Part shown: piece by piece, positions 37,040 to 50,761 of the stretch
Position numbering within the stretch: position 1 is the first letter of the stretch
How the letters are laid out: each line of letters starts with the position of its first letter
Assembly (NCBI GenBank): GCA_010405405.1
Contig: MU004237.1
Location: 224,191 to 288,190 of the forward strand
Reading direction: 5' to 3'
DNA: 64,000 nt
From: Microthyrium microscopicum
Taxonomy: Eukaryota
Notes under the pieces: generated by a model
What the model was told of the DNA's origin: nothing
The model's input: only the letters and a program-made list of their open reading frames with translations
Databases searched by the model: none
Position numbers and translations under genes: made by a program

Positions 37040-38671
37040 AATGGCGGAGATTTATGATGTTGAGGAGGATGGAGCTATCATTGGGAAAGTAAGGAGATGG
37101 TAAATGCTGCAAACAAAGGCGGTGATTGCGGATGGTTCTTTAGGGCGGATAGAAGAAGTGAACAAAATATGATAGGGGAAGACTGAGGACGCGTTCTGAG
37201 GATCTGAACAAAGACTTTGAACAAAGAAAAGGCTGGACGGAGGGCTGGAGGCATGGATAAAAAGTTGACGAGGTTGAGCGAGGTCCACGTTGAGCAGGCG
37301 CCACGACACGTTGGCGCGTTCCTTCCCGCTTCGCCAAACCGCGCCAAATTAAGCGCGTATTCCAACGACTTGAAAGTTTTGAAGTTGAGGTCAACTCTGT
37401 CAACGACCCAACATAGAGTACCTCCTGCATTACTCCGAGAGGACCTGATCTGATGCAACTGTCCCGCTAAGGATATCCTTCGCGAACAGGTTTACTGGAG
37501 TTGTAGAGAGCTGCAAGCCTGTGAGCAGCACCCTAAAGGTATGCCTAAACACCTTCAAATGCAAATACATAGCATTCTATCAGTATAAGAGGCTTTCGAG
37601 ACCAATACGACGCCTTCGAGTTTTGGAAACTCCTCGTAGATAACTATTCAACACTTGATCTGAAAACATTGGAAGATCTTGTGCACGCCATTACTGGCTT
37701 GGTAAGACTGATTCAATCTCGAACCCAGGACGACTACTATGCAGGTCATTGGAGACAATCATTTGCTCGAAGCCTAAACTGGTACACCGAAAAAGGATCG
37801 GCATATGAAACAAGCTAAAGGCAGTCTTCATCTTCATCTGCGTCACCCTCCCACCACGGAATGCCATTCTATTTTGGCCCAACTTGGTCTTGGATGGCAG
37901 CTAGTTCCGTCACACACCTCTCCGAGCCATCGCAGATCTTCTCGTCCAGGATTGCGAGATTATTGACATTTCCGTGAGCAGTCTTATTACTCTACGAACA
38001 TCGACTTTGAGCGCAAGAGTTGCATCCGATGGCGAGCTCATTGTCCGGAGATCTAGTAGTAAGGTCAATAACACGCGATATCTATGAATTAAAACGGAAG
38101 AGAACAGCGGGTCTTGGATTGACCTACTATGGGATAGAGAAGCGCCCCCAAAGCGGACAGAAGTAGAGCTTGCTATCACTGTTGTTTATAACACGGGCAT
38201 TCAGCAAGGAGAGAATGAATTTCAGATCAAATTATTAGTTTTACAACGAGCTGCCAACAAGCCAGGCCGCTATCAACGCCGAGGTCTACTCACAATGGAC
38301 GTTTTTTGGGACTCGGGAAGAGAAGCTGTTCTTGTGCAGGAATTCTGGCTCCAGGATCATCCTATGTGGACCAGAATTTCGACTATAGTCGAGGCTTTGG
38401 GTCTGAAGTTTTCTGGTTCTCTCCTCAGTAGTATTTCTGTGATGTCCGCAAGTTCAAAATCACTTGATTGTGGAAGAGAGGCTAGATCGCATCTCTGTCA
38501 ATGTTATTCAATGGGCACAAATATGATGTAAATGCTTTTCAAATTTGTTTCGAGGATTTATACTTTTAGGTCTTATAAAACACTATCTACTAGGATTCCA
38601 CGTATGAATATCTCCCTCCGTCTATTTAGGTATTTACCGGTTGTCAAAACGCCCCAATGCTAATATCAACT

Positions 38672-40228
38672 TTACAATGCCACCACCAGGAGACCAAGAA
38701 GCACAGCCAAGGCAGAGGTGCTACCCACTGCCGTGCGCTTGCCGTCATTGGTTGTTTGTTGCGCTGGTAGTGCGGAAGTCGTGCCATTAGCACCCAATGG
38801 GTAGCTCATGCTAGAGGATCCAGCAGAGACTGCGGATGCAAGAGTCGTTGCAGAGGCGGTGAGTACTGAGGAGCCGCTGGTGCCGCCCACGTTGATACTG
38901 ACAACGGGTGTAGCTGCTGCAGAAGATGACGCTGCTCCATTGGCGACGATTCCGCTGCCGCTTCCTCCGCCAGTTCCAGAGCCTGTTGAGCTAGAAGCCG
39001 CTCCTACAGCGCCAGTAGCACTTGAGCCGGATGTATTGACTGAGACAGTTGCAGCGCTTGAGCCAGATGCGTTGGAGGCGACGCCAGTAGCAGCGGCGCC
39101 GGATGCGCTGGTGCTGGCAGTCTGGGGTGACTTGTAGATAATGCTGGAAGAGCTGCCCATTGAGCCATCATCGCATGGTTCCTCAGCTGTGCTGTTGCTT
39201 GCAGAGCCAGGTCCTGCAGATCCAATACCTGCGCTTCCACCTCCAGTCCCAGCTCCTTCAGTGCTAGTCGAGTTAGATCTAGCCGTGCTGCCAGCAGAAC
39301 CAGAAATAGGTGTTTGCGAGATATTAATGCTTTGCCATGATCCAGACATGTCGTTGTAGCTGTACGAGCCAGCTGGCTTATAGTTGGTCACGGAAACGCT
39401 TTGGACAATCATGTTGAACGGTCCCTTAGACATGTCTGCAATGCCACCAGCCCAGTCGATTGTGCCTTGGCTGTTTCCAGGAGTTCCAGCTACCCAATTG
39501 CCCAGACGAATGTTCATTGGGGTTTGTGGATAGTTCTTACCACCAACAGCATCCGCAAAGTTGAGAGTCCGAACGACTTGATCGTTAATGAGCCATTGGG
39601 TGCGGTCTGCTGTCCAATCGACGGAATATTTGGTAAATGTGCTCGCTGGATTTTGGACAGCATGGAATGCGCCTCGATCATATGTGGTAGTGTTGCCCTT
39701 TCCGAAGTAGTTGGATTGAACGTCGCCGGTATGGCTTCCTATCATCTAGAGCCTGTTAGTCAAAGATTATTGATTGATGCAAAGCGACCACTTACCTCCC
39801 AATCGATCTCGTCTAGATCATCACTCTCCATGACGAAGGAGGACACAATACCAGCTCCTGGGGCAGATCGCATGACAACATCGACACGCCCAAAGAAGAT
39901 ATACCAGTTGGATTGGATTGTGGGACCATCACCGAAAGCTTTGATGCTCATCTGGGCACCTTCAGGGACCCATTCCATTGCCCCTGAAGTTGTTTTCCAG
40001 TCGCTGCCCATGGTCGAAGCACCCTTAGTGAAATCGACGGTATATTTTCCATTTAAAGCAGGATTTGGCGCACAGCCAGCTATGACTCGATTAGCATCAT
40101 ACATCAAAATCTGTCTTTAATTTCAACTTACTCTTTTGTGTTGGATTACATTCTGAAAAGGTCTGGGCAGATGTGAATGGACTTAATGCCAACGATAAAG
40201 CGAAGGCCGCAGATGTAAACTTGACCAT
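38672..40228 (-). CDS. Crh-family GH16 cell-wall transglycosylase, GPI-anchored (3 exons)
   Basis: Signal MVKFTSAAFALSLAL..AQTFSECNPT; GIVSSFVMESDDLDEIDWE catalytic motif; YPQTPMNIRLGNW; Ser/Thr/Gly-rich tail; hydrophobic GPI signal. Confidence 0.92.
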
Positions 40229-42525
40229 GTTGTCTCGTTGGTAGCCTTTACAAAATCTTGGTTGCGAGTACAGGAAAAATGATAATGGAGGACAACTAGA
40301 TAGGTGTGTTTAAAGGGGATATAGAAAGGAACTGCACTCGCAGAATGCTGGGGAAGAAGAATTGAAGATGGAGATGGATGTAAACGAAGAAGATTTGTCC
40401 AGCAAACGAGCAGTGTCACAAGGAGATAAAGTTACCGACTTCAGTAACAATCGTGAATGAGTGACTGGCACAAGCCTAATGGTGTCTAGTACCTGCTAAA
40501 AGAATGTGTGAAAGGTAAGAAAACGAAAGAGTGTTGAACAGTAACAAAGAAGGAGCGAGGTTTTACGGATAGAGCCAAGGGAGGATAAAGGAGTGTGTGA
40601 AAGAGTAGGCTTGACCCTCTTTTGTCAACAGGAGCTTAATGGAATAATAAAAGAGGCATTGTTTCGGACCAGCAGGAGGAGGGAGCGAATCGGGAAGCAT
40701 AGTGACCATTGATTTACGCTTGGATAACTTTGATCCTACTCATCAATTGACAGGCCCCACATCAATCACCGTCAGTTCTGACTTCTGAGCGTTCCCTGCG
40801 CGTACCTGACATGTCTGGATTCTTCACTACTGCGAGTTACGACATGGGCATCCACAGCAGCGGGATGCATCTCCATCAAGCATCGGCGCTGACCGTCAAT
40901 CGAGGCCTGGGGTGTTCGTCCGTGTCAGCCAGTAGGATCACTACTTTGTAATGGCGTTAGAGGCTCAGGACCACGGACCGTCAATTAAGGCGGATGATCC
41001 ACATGGTCATGAATATCTAGGTACCTAGTCCAGGAAAGACTTTTGAACGTAAGCGAATTGGTTGGATGTGCAGGTCCCCTGAAACCAAAGTTTTGAAACC
41101 AGCGGTTGTCAGGGACCCGCTGCTGTCCAAGGCATGCGCTTGATTGTTAACGGTCAAGAAAGGCTGAATTTGTTTAAAGAGGACCCTTGGCCCATGCCAT
41201 CTGTTTGCTGAGTGGTTGCTTGCTGAGAGGTTGCATCTCAAGCGCCTCCTTTGATTTTTGATGCAGCCTCCTGAATTGCTGGAAAATTGTGGACCATCGA
41301 TCCAGTGCCACCATCGCCACCACACTAATTTTACCACCCGCCCTGCCATCGAGCGCCTCTCCGGCGGCTCGGACGTTCTTTTTTCGACGTCACCTCATTG
41401 AAGTTTGTCGTGATGGGTTTGCCCTTGAAGTCTAACAAAGCGTGGAGAGAGGAGAGTTTGTCAAATACAGACTGTGTGATAGGAACTAACAGTGAAGCCC
41501 TGATCATACAAACTAAATCCCTTGTTTATGATCGAGAAACGAGATCGGGGACTGTCGGCAGTCTTCGAAGATTCTTCCTCATGTCGTAATGTGGCTTGGA
41601 ATCTTTCCCGATTCAACCAGGGGCCTTGAAAACTTCAAAACATCGAACATTTAGTATCAAGTGTGGCTTGACCTCGACCACTCCTGACTCCTGAGCAGGT
41701 ACAAGCTGCCGAGATCTTAAGAAATTCATGCCGGTTACCTAAAATTGCAAGTTGGTGTGGCTCCTACTCCGCTCCAGCAGATGTTCTGTTTCGTTTGCTT
41801 TCTTTGCATCGTCAAACATGTCAGTCTGGGTGAAAGTTAAAACGACTTGCAACAATGTTTGTCATGTCAAATCGATAGCTCGCCTTTCGAGGTTCACTAG
41901 CAGTCTAGCATCAAGCAAATAAGTATTATGGTCACTGCGTTTGCTATAAAACTTCTCTCCTCAAGCCAGGATTGCTCAGTCTCAGGTCGCACCCGCATTG
42001 GTACCACACTCATGGAAACATTTCTTCACTTCATCTTCTAGTACCTGTGGCTTTGTCTGTGTTATCCATCAGCAAAGTGGTTAGCTTTGTTGTAATCCCA
42101 GGAAACAAAGAAAGCCTTGTTCGCTGACGGGCCGAGCCATGGTCATCACGAATGCTCGCAGGTTGCAGCAAAGACTTCCCAACCTTCAATAACTTTTGAT
42201 CAAACCTCGCACAAGACGCTTCACTATTCGCTCGAACTTCGACAGAGAGCTGATGGTGCCAATTTGTTGACTTCAATACCTCTACGCTAACGAGGGAATC
42301 ATTGAGGAAGCACAGTGAGACGCTCGATATGATTCCATGTAACGACGAACTAGATACAAGCACACTTGTTCATTGATCTCAATTCTGTAATGACAGTAAA
42401 CCTCACACTCTTCTTCAACGAAATTCAATGCCAACTAGACTAGACAACCCATATGTCAAACCTTCACATACGGTGAAAATGGATCTGCATAACTGTTATT
42501 TGCTGGCGATATAAAGTCGGTCGTG

Positions 42526-45500
42526 TTACTTACTGCCATATCCGTTTTGATCAGTAGCCGCTGATGAGCTCTGAACTGCCGCGGGCGGCTCAGCAATACC
42601 TGTGCTGGTCGTGGGATGAGGGATTGCCGCAAAGGCCGAAGCTAGCACTGAAGCCTTCTCGCCCTCTTCTGAGGCTGCAGATTGAAGAACTGGAGGTGAT
42701 GTATTGATAGGTGATGCTGGAACTAAACCAGATGTTTTGGCAGAAGCTGACGCTAATGTGCTTTTGGCGCAATTCTACAATGTTAGAGAGAATAAGCTAC
42801 AACTAGGATACATTGCTTACTTTGTTATCTGCAACCGGAGTCCCGTTGATAGCTATTGTAATTTCTGTCGTATTGGAACTGGAGGATGCTTGAGTTTTGA
42901 CGTCGTTGGGATCAGAGCGCTTCTCCTTCTTTGCATTACTCGGCGTTTCGTTTGCATTGCATACAGCTGCGTATCCTGGTTCCTCTTGAGCTCGATTATA
43001 AGCAACTTTGATATCTCCAGGCTGAGGCTTGGGAGAGGAATAGGGCCAGATTGGAATTGGATCGGGGTGTCGCTGCTTAGAATTGGCGATGAGGAAGGCT
43101 TTGACTTCCATAGCCACATTCCCAGGTGTCCAAGTCAAAGGTTGGCCGGCTGATGAATCCAATGATAGAAAATAAGCTGCGAGCCCGGCCTACGATCGTC
43201 AGTATTATGCACAGGCTACTACGCGGACAATAAGAGAATGAATTTGAGAACAACAAGACAACCGATCAAACATGCTGTGATGATGCAGTTCGAAGGACTC
43301 GTCATTAGTGGTAATAATATCAAGATGCGGGCCAAGGAAGAGTCAGACTTACCACAGCAGGTGCAGAGTATGAAGTTCCTTTCTTGTTGGTAGCAATACT
43401 ATCGGCAGCTTTATTATCTCCCATTGTAACGCCGTCGCCTTGCGCATAGATTGATATCTCTCCACTGCCGGAACCATCGTCGAGACTTTGGGTATATGCG
43501 TAAGCTCCGATGTCATTGACGGCCCCAACGGTGATCAGCGGATTATTTGCATGACCTAGAGCTTGAGGCACCCGTTGAGAGAGTTTGCTGTTTGAACTGC
43601 TGCCACCCGAGATCACTGTTACAACATCCAAACCCCACAGAGTGTTCAAGGCGTCATTCCAGGCGACAAGGTCTTGCGGCTTATATGGAAACCCTGTCAA
43701 TTAATGGTGAGAATCAACTCTTTGAGAAAATAGGGAATCAACTCTTTGGGAAACCGGGGATCAACTCTTTGAGAAAATAGTCAAGACTTACCTCCAGCGA
43801 AAATCATAACGGAGCGTGTTGGTTGGCCCTGAAGTGAATTCAACGATACTCGTGCGTCCACATCGCTAGCTACCAGTGTCAGTGCTTCCAATGCTTGTGT
43901 CTGATATGCACTAGCAGAGACGAAGGGGCCAGGAACCGGTAGAGGTATCCCTGGCGGCTTTGGAATGAGATTGCCGTTCTGCTTCACACAGACTATATCT
44001 GCATTAGACGCGACGCCATATACTCTTCCGGCAGCGACAGAAGTTACTTTAGTTCCATGCCCCGAGTAGTCTGCGTTATCTTGAAGTCCAACCCACGGCA
44101 ATTCTGTGGACTTCGTGACAGCAGTATTATCGTTGATTCGAAGAAATCGAAGGTTACCGCCACGGCCGGAGAACTCCTATACCAAGATTAGATACAAGGT
44201 TCATATTTTAGTAAGAAATTGTGCCGGTTTTTGATCTATCGAGGAATTTTGTTCTTCGCAGATCGTAGATTTCCAGAGCGGAGTACGCTGCTAACGGGCC
44301 TCTTCAACTTACCTGATGTCCACCGCGACACCCAGAATCAACGACATATATAGTCACGCCGGCACCATTTGAACTAAGGTGAGTATAGTCGTCCAGGGGC
44401 GTATTAGTCTGTCTTCTTGTCATTTGATCTCCATTCGAAATAATTTGAAGATGGCTTGCACTGGGCCTCCTCTGTAGAAGATAGTCGTTGGAGGGGGGAT
44501 CCCGTTTCTCCAAGTCGAGCTGTAGTGTTTCGCCGCTATAGATTGCAGAGCGTTCCAATAAAGACGAGTTAGATGTATCATCAAATTCGTCCACCTCTAG
44601 GGCGTAGTCATCATCTCCAGAAATACCGTTGCCAGTAACGAAGTCGGCCTTTTGAACTTTGGCAATCTGTGAAGCATTCAATTTGCTAGAATAAAGCTGG
44701 AAAGCCTTCTCGTAATGCGAAAGATGTGATCCTGCGCCACCATCGAGCTCCTGGACAAAGTCGTGATATACTTGAGGTGGCGTACCAAGTTTAGTCATAA
44801 ACCAGTAGGGCGTTTGCGTTGCCTGCGCAGAGCTCGAACTAGACGAGGAAGAAGAAGTGCTTGTGGTAGTCGCGGTGGTAGGCTCCGGTCGAGGGACCGA
44901 CTTCATAGTGTCAGTCGTCGTGACAGCAGCTTGCACGTCGTGATTGAAGTCATGAGTAGTGAACAGGAGAAGCGGAGGTCCAGTAGCCACCAGCGCAAGA
45001 GCTAGCTTTCCTTTCGGTACCCAGAGTGGTCTCATCTGTGTGACAAGTTTTCTGTTACCCACCTTCAAGGCATCGAGTAGCTTTTGTAATGACTGGCGGA
45101 GATTCAACTGACGGCGAGCTGCATCTTCTGCATCAATAACCACTCTATAACCATCTTCGGTTAGTTCTTTGAGCGGAATGTCAACGTCAACCCGAAAGTT
45201 GCTAAAACCGTTTATGATATCGCTCAGACCCGATGAAGCGGGACCAAGGACGTCATCAAGTGCTGATATTAGAGACTCGGAGCCGGAAAGAACGTCGCTA
45301 GCTGAGGCAGCGCTCCAGGCCGTTAACGCGGTTCCGACAGTAGATACGTCGTTAACAACCTTCCCAAGATCTTTGGTCAAAGAACATACGGCATTGAGGA
45401 AGATGGAGAAAATGCCACCGCCATGGGAGCATGAGCCACTGCCAGAGCTGTTGTCGCCTGGGCTTGAAGTGCTTGTTGGTCGGCTTGGTTTGCCATTTTG

Positions 45501-46793
45501 GAAGCCGATATTCAGATTACCGAGTTGAGCCGTTTGTGTTTGAGAAGCTGTCAGCGTAGGCACTGGGATAGTTTGGCCTCCAGATACAATTGCGGTTGAA
45601 CTAAGCGTTATAACATCGCCGGCATCGTCGAATACCTCAACGGGATCTCCAAACTCAGGCAGAACGTATGTCGCATTGCTAATGGAGACTTCAACATAGC
45701 TGAGAGAACCGCCTTGTGTCGGATAACCAGGTGGGAGACTGGTAGATGTTTGACTGTTTGAGGTTGTTGCTGTTGCTGCACCAGTGTTTGCCGGGGCCGA
45801 AGCTGTAGTAGACTGTGGGAATGGACGGGATATGACGGAAGTATCAACCGCGTTGCTAGACACTGTAGTCGATGTTGTCTGAGACAGAGCTATAGGCAAG
45901 CCCTGCTGGGATGATGTCGACACTCGAGGAGCTGATGGATCAGTGCCAAAGTTACCTGGCTTAGTGCTTGTGGACTCAATTGGCTGTGGAAGAGAGATAG
46001 ATCCAGTGCTCCTAGGCTTATTTGACTCTGTTGTAGAACTAGGCCTGCTAATGTCCTTTGATGATACCGCTTCTGTACCCGTGCTTGAGGTGGCTGTGAA
46101 GTTCTCTCGTGACTGAGTAATAGAAGAGGAGACGGCAACGGTGGCGACTATCGACGTTATCTCACTGAAAATTGGAGTAGTGATGTTACTTGCTGACGAC
46201 GAGATAATGCTTGGGGACTGTGATAATGTAGTAGTGTTTGACGCTGACTCTGTAGACTTGCTTGCTGACGCTGACTCTGTAGACGAGTTCGAAAATACTG
46301 CGGCTGTAGACATGTTTGACGATATCGAGTCAGTAGATAAAGTTAAGTTGGCGGTACTCTGTCCAGATGAAAGTGAGTTCGCAGCAGTAATAGTAAATGA
46401 TGAAGATATGGAACTGGTCTCATTGGAGCTGGCCGTGGAATATATCTGTGAAGCGCTGACTAGCGGTTCAATACTTGTAGTCGTTGTCGATATTTCCAGG
46501 CTATTGAAGGTTTCGACTGGAGAAGAGTTGTAGAGCGTATCAAAGGTTGATAGACTTGCAGCAGAGCCCGAATAATGAATTGAGGGGGCTTCGTTAACAT
46601 CAGTGGTGCTAGTGCTAGTCAAAGACAAACCAGAAGATGTAGATGCAGTGTAAGTTGTATCAAACAGACTCAAGCCGTTTGATAAGGATGTTGAACTGAC
46701 TGAATCCAGAATGTCAGCGATTGAGTATGATGTTTGATATGATAGCACAATCAGAGCGGTCATAAAAAACCGATATAAGCGTCGAGAATACAT
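42526..46793 (-). CDS. Large secreted subtilisin-like S8 protease with a very long Ser/Thr-rich N-terminus, multi-exon (3' end 42526, or 42457 if a further intron is spliced)
   Basis: Catalytic motifs IYVVDSG, GHGTKVTSVAAG and KGTSYSAPAV|AGLAAYFL lie on successive exons; I9-like prodomain and LEKR site precede the catalytic domain. Confidence 0.85.
43711..43780. repeat. Intronic minisatellite, 3 x about 24 bp
   Basis: gaatcaactctttgagaaaatagg / gaatcaactctttgggaaaccggg / gatcaactctttgagaaaatag within intron 43791-43694. Confidence 0.85.
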
Positions 46794-47854
46794 AGTGTCT
46801 CTAGCTGAGATAATATGGCTGAGAATTTGGAAGACATACGAAGAGAAGAAACAAAATGAGAGGAGAACATGCTTTGTATAGAAGCATCTTACCTTTGGAA
46901 TATACCTGTCAGTCCATTTGCCAACTCTACGCCAGGGTATCCAACATGCAACCACTTGAAGAAACACGAGGTCGAAAATAGAAAGACGCTGGTTCTGGTC
47001 CTAGGATGGCACCAGGTTGAAGCTGTTGGATGGGTCTTACTGGTTCTGATAGAGCATAAACTGATCAGAAGGTTCGTATGTTATCTGTGTAGGGGTCAAT
47101 GTTGGTGAAATGAAGTCGCATATTGGGCCGAAAAGATTGTGATGAGGAAGGGGTGTTTCAACAGCGATGTTGGTGGAGCAGTCGGCCTAGAAGGAATCAT
47201 ATCCAGCTTTATATGCGGCGTTGTTGCTCATAATAGTGAGGCGGCGATGTCGAACCAGAGAAGGATCTAGGTATCCTCAGCAGTCATCCCATGTATCAAG
47301 TACAACCTGAGCTGTATAATGTTTATCGCAGGCTATATGGCAGATCGGCGAAGATCAGTCTGTTCTTCTTACAGTAGAGTATTGCTCAATATCAACAAGA
47401 AAATCACTTCATTCAAACGTGGTATTTAAATCTAGGAGCTCGCTCAGTCGATATACTCTCCATAAGCGCCGAATGGTAGAGGTGGGCATGGCGCTGCAAA
47501 GTGGAGTCCGGTCGCGGTGTGACATCCTGGCGGTATCCAACAGTTGACTTATTAACATGAGCATGCATTGACGATTGAGGTGCCGATTACATCTGCATGA
47601 TTGGCGTTGATGGAAAGTTCCTGGGATAGAAATACTTCTCAAGTTGGAGTTGAAGTTGGACGAATTAGACGCTAGTGATTTAAAGCCCCCATAAATGATA
47701 GTCGAGCGCCCCCATACGCCCCACTCAAGCCTGTCACGCCCACATCGCAAGCACTAAATATATTCCACCAATTCCTATATTCCCCAAACATCTACCATAC
47801 ACTTCAAGCTCTCAGTATCCTCCCACTTAGATATTCCCTCACTGTAACGCAAAT

Positions 47855-49045
47855 ATGGCCGACGGCGGAATCCACAAAGTCCAGGTCGAGGCCTTAGTAC
47901 GCCATCCTCAAAATACTTGTCGACACAGCTCGCTAACCTGTCACAGGTGGTCATGAAGATTGTCAAGCACTCGTCGCAATCGTTCCCTACCGTCGCTACC
48001 GGTTCCATAGTAGGAATGGAGGTCGGAGGTACACTCGAAATCACAAATTGCTTTCCCTTTCCCACCGTAGACGTCCCACCAGAGGCTGCAACCAGCTCAC
48101 ACGCAGCCGAGTCCGCCGCGCAACTTGCGGCTGCCGCCCCGCGCGCAAAAGCGAATTTGGCCTATGGCGCAGAGATGATCAAGATGTTGAGAGAAGTCAA
48201 CGTCGATTCGCAAAACGTCGGATGGTACACGAGCACAAACATGGGCAACTTTGTCAACGCAAACACCATCGAGAACCAATACTTTTACCAGAAGGATCTC
48301 AACGAGCGGACAGTCGCATTAGTACACGATGTGAGCCGTAGCGCTCAAGGCGCACTCAGCCTTCGAGCGTTCCGCTTAAGCCCATCATTCATGACCGCAT
48401 ACAAAGAGGGGAAATTCAACGTGGAAAGGTAAATAGTCTCCGCGAAAAATTGCCGCGTACCTGCTAACAGATCGCAGCCTCCAGAAGTCTGGTCTCAAGT
48501 ATCAAGATATCCTCGTCGAAATTCCCGTCGAAGTCCACAACTCTCATCTCCTGACCGTTCTACTCCACCAACTCCCAACCCAACCACCGAAAGAAGAGCT
48601 CGAGTTCCCTACATCCCTCGCCTCATTAACCGCCGATGCTATCCCACATCCACTGGATCCCAACTTCGACTCACTCGACCTTGCTATCGATCCATATCTC
48701 GAGAAGACAGCCGACCTTCTACTAGAGTCAATCGATAATCACCACACTGAGCTCAACAACCACCAATACTACCAGCGCTCGCTCGCGCGTGAACAAGCCA
48801 AGATCACGGCATGGCAGACAAAGCGTAAAGCCGAGAACGTCACACGTGTGGCCGCCAAGCAGGGGCCATTACCGGAAGACGAGTGGCAGCGGTTATTCAA
48901 GCTACCCACAGAGCCAAGCAGACTGGAGACACTGTTGAACTCGCGACAGGTGGAGCAATACTCGCGGCAAGTCGATGGGTTTGCGGCAAATATCACGTCG
49001 AAGATGTTTGTGGTCAAAAGCAACTTGTTGCCAGGCGAGAACTGA
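47855..49045 (+). CDS. eIF3h: Translation initiation factor eIF3 subunit h (3 exons)
   Basis: [42 protein letters not shown] domain; [17 protein letters not shown]. Confidence 0.93.
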
Positions 49046-49347
49046 TACCAGGAAAATATGAGGATAGTATGCGTTATGAAGGCTTTGCATTGCTCATGAG
49101 GTCACAGCTGTATAGATAGGCATTCAAAACATTATGATTTCTACTGCTTGTTTTACTCATATGTGGAATCATCATCCCGGGATAGACAGTGACATGCTTC
49201 ATCTTTTTCGTTATCCATTCCTAGTCATTAAGCCATCGCAATGCTTCTTGTACAAACAATCCGAGGGCTATACGAACCACGCACCCAAGGCTTCACCTGC
49301 ATGAACTCATGCAACGGAGAGGAGATAAGGAGTCCCTAAAGCTAGTA

Positions 49348-50761
49348 CTATAGCTTTGAGTCGTCATCATCATCCAAATCCTCCTCCTCTTCTTCCTCCT
49401 CCTCGTCCACAAACCCTGTCTCCACCCTCGCCTCCTTCAACCGTTCCACCAATTCTCCCCTACCTTCCTCCTGCCATCGCTGCAGCGTCGCCGCCGCATG
49501 CACGCGGAAGCCAAAAACCCGCGGCTCATACCGCCGTGCGCTTTTGAGTGGTACCATTGCCGGATACACTTGGAAGAGGATGTTGTGGAAGCTTGTGCCA
49601 AAGTACGCGCCGTCAATAGCAGCGTGTCGTGAGGATTTCGGGTTGTATAGGTCTTCGCAGCGTCCGCAGTATAGCTTGACTGTTGATGTGCCGGGGTTGT
49701 CGTGGAGACCCATGGGGAGGAGAGGTTGGCCTGAGCAGAGGACGCGAGGGCATTTACCGAATTCGCCTTTTTTGTACTTTTCGAGCTGAAGGTTGCGCTG
49801 TTAGTAGAGATATGAGAGATAGGGAAGACAGTGGGCATGTACCATTTTTGCTAGACCACGGGTTGTTACGATGAAGCGGGCGTGAACGAGGCCGTAGAGA
49901 TGGCGGGCGCTCTTTTCGATTTGCTCGCGCATCTCGTCGTCGCATTCTATGTCGAGGACATCGGTGACAAGTTCGAGCGCATATTGGTAGTATTGGACTT
50001 CAGCTTGTAGACCAGTGAGATTGAAGCGGTCTGTGAGGTAGTCTTCGTCGATTTCGCAAAAGTATTCGTTGCCACGGGTGGAGATAAACTGTGAATATAT
50101 TCGATTAGCATTCGGTACAGCAAGAGTTTGCGAGTTGTCAACAGTTTGAAGCGGCATGCTAGGGGTCGGGGTCATCGTGCTTCCTCCTCATAGTAGTGGT
50201 ATCTGAACATTTCCATCTTTGACTGCCGAAATTTCCATATGCGTTCCGGATCCTTGATATTCAAGTTCTTGGATGCCGAGTCCGTGATCCAACCAGTGTC
50301 TTTGAAATTCTCACGCGGAGCATAAATCGACTCCTCATCTTCCGCTGATAAGTATTTCCCATTTTTGAAGTCGTTGAAAGAAGGACGCATATCGACAAGT
50401 GTGTCTTCCCAATCCCCCTCTAGACGTGCTGCAGGCATGGGAGTCTCTGGAGAGGATGTTTCAGGATATGCTCCAGGTAGTTTCTTGAGCAATGCAGTTA
50501 TATGAATTATCCTGGACATGTCGAATGCGAGATAACGATATGCCAAAAATGGAAGTGTTGATGCGACTGATGGCTGCGGAATCCGTTGATGAAGTAGCAA
50601 GCTGTTTGGCAGGAGCGCTGAAGACTACCAACTCTAACCGCATGCAACAAAGAAACAAAAAGAAACGAGACAAATGCAATGTTGTGTTAGGGGCTGGAAC
50701 TTACCCAGTCACGCCAGTAGCTAGTATAGTCGCTCTCCGTCTCTGTTCCGTAGTCCTCCAT
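49348..50761 (-). CDS. CKB2: Casein kinase II regulatory subunit beta (exons 50761-50705, 50088-about 49842, about 49784-49348)
   Basis: SDYTSYWRDW|FISTRGNEYFCEIDEDYLTDRFNLTGL; HLYGLVHARFI; zinc-ribbon CPRVLC...KLYCGRCEDLYNPKSSRHAAIDGAYFGT. Confidence 0.93.

Noticed and set aside
37691..38179. Short minus-strand ORF fragments, possible pseudogene
   Set aside because: No recognisable motif or consistent splice model
42526..46793. S8 protease as the processing enzyme of the RiPP cluster
   Set aside because: It lies more than 32 kb away, is separated by housekeeping genes, and is not kexin-like (no P-domain or TM seen)
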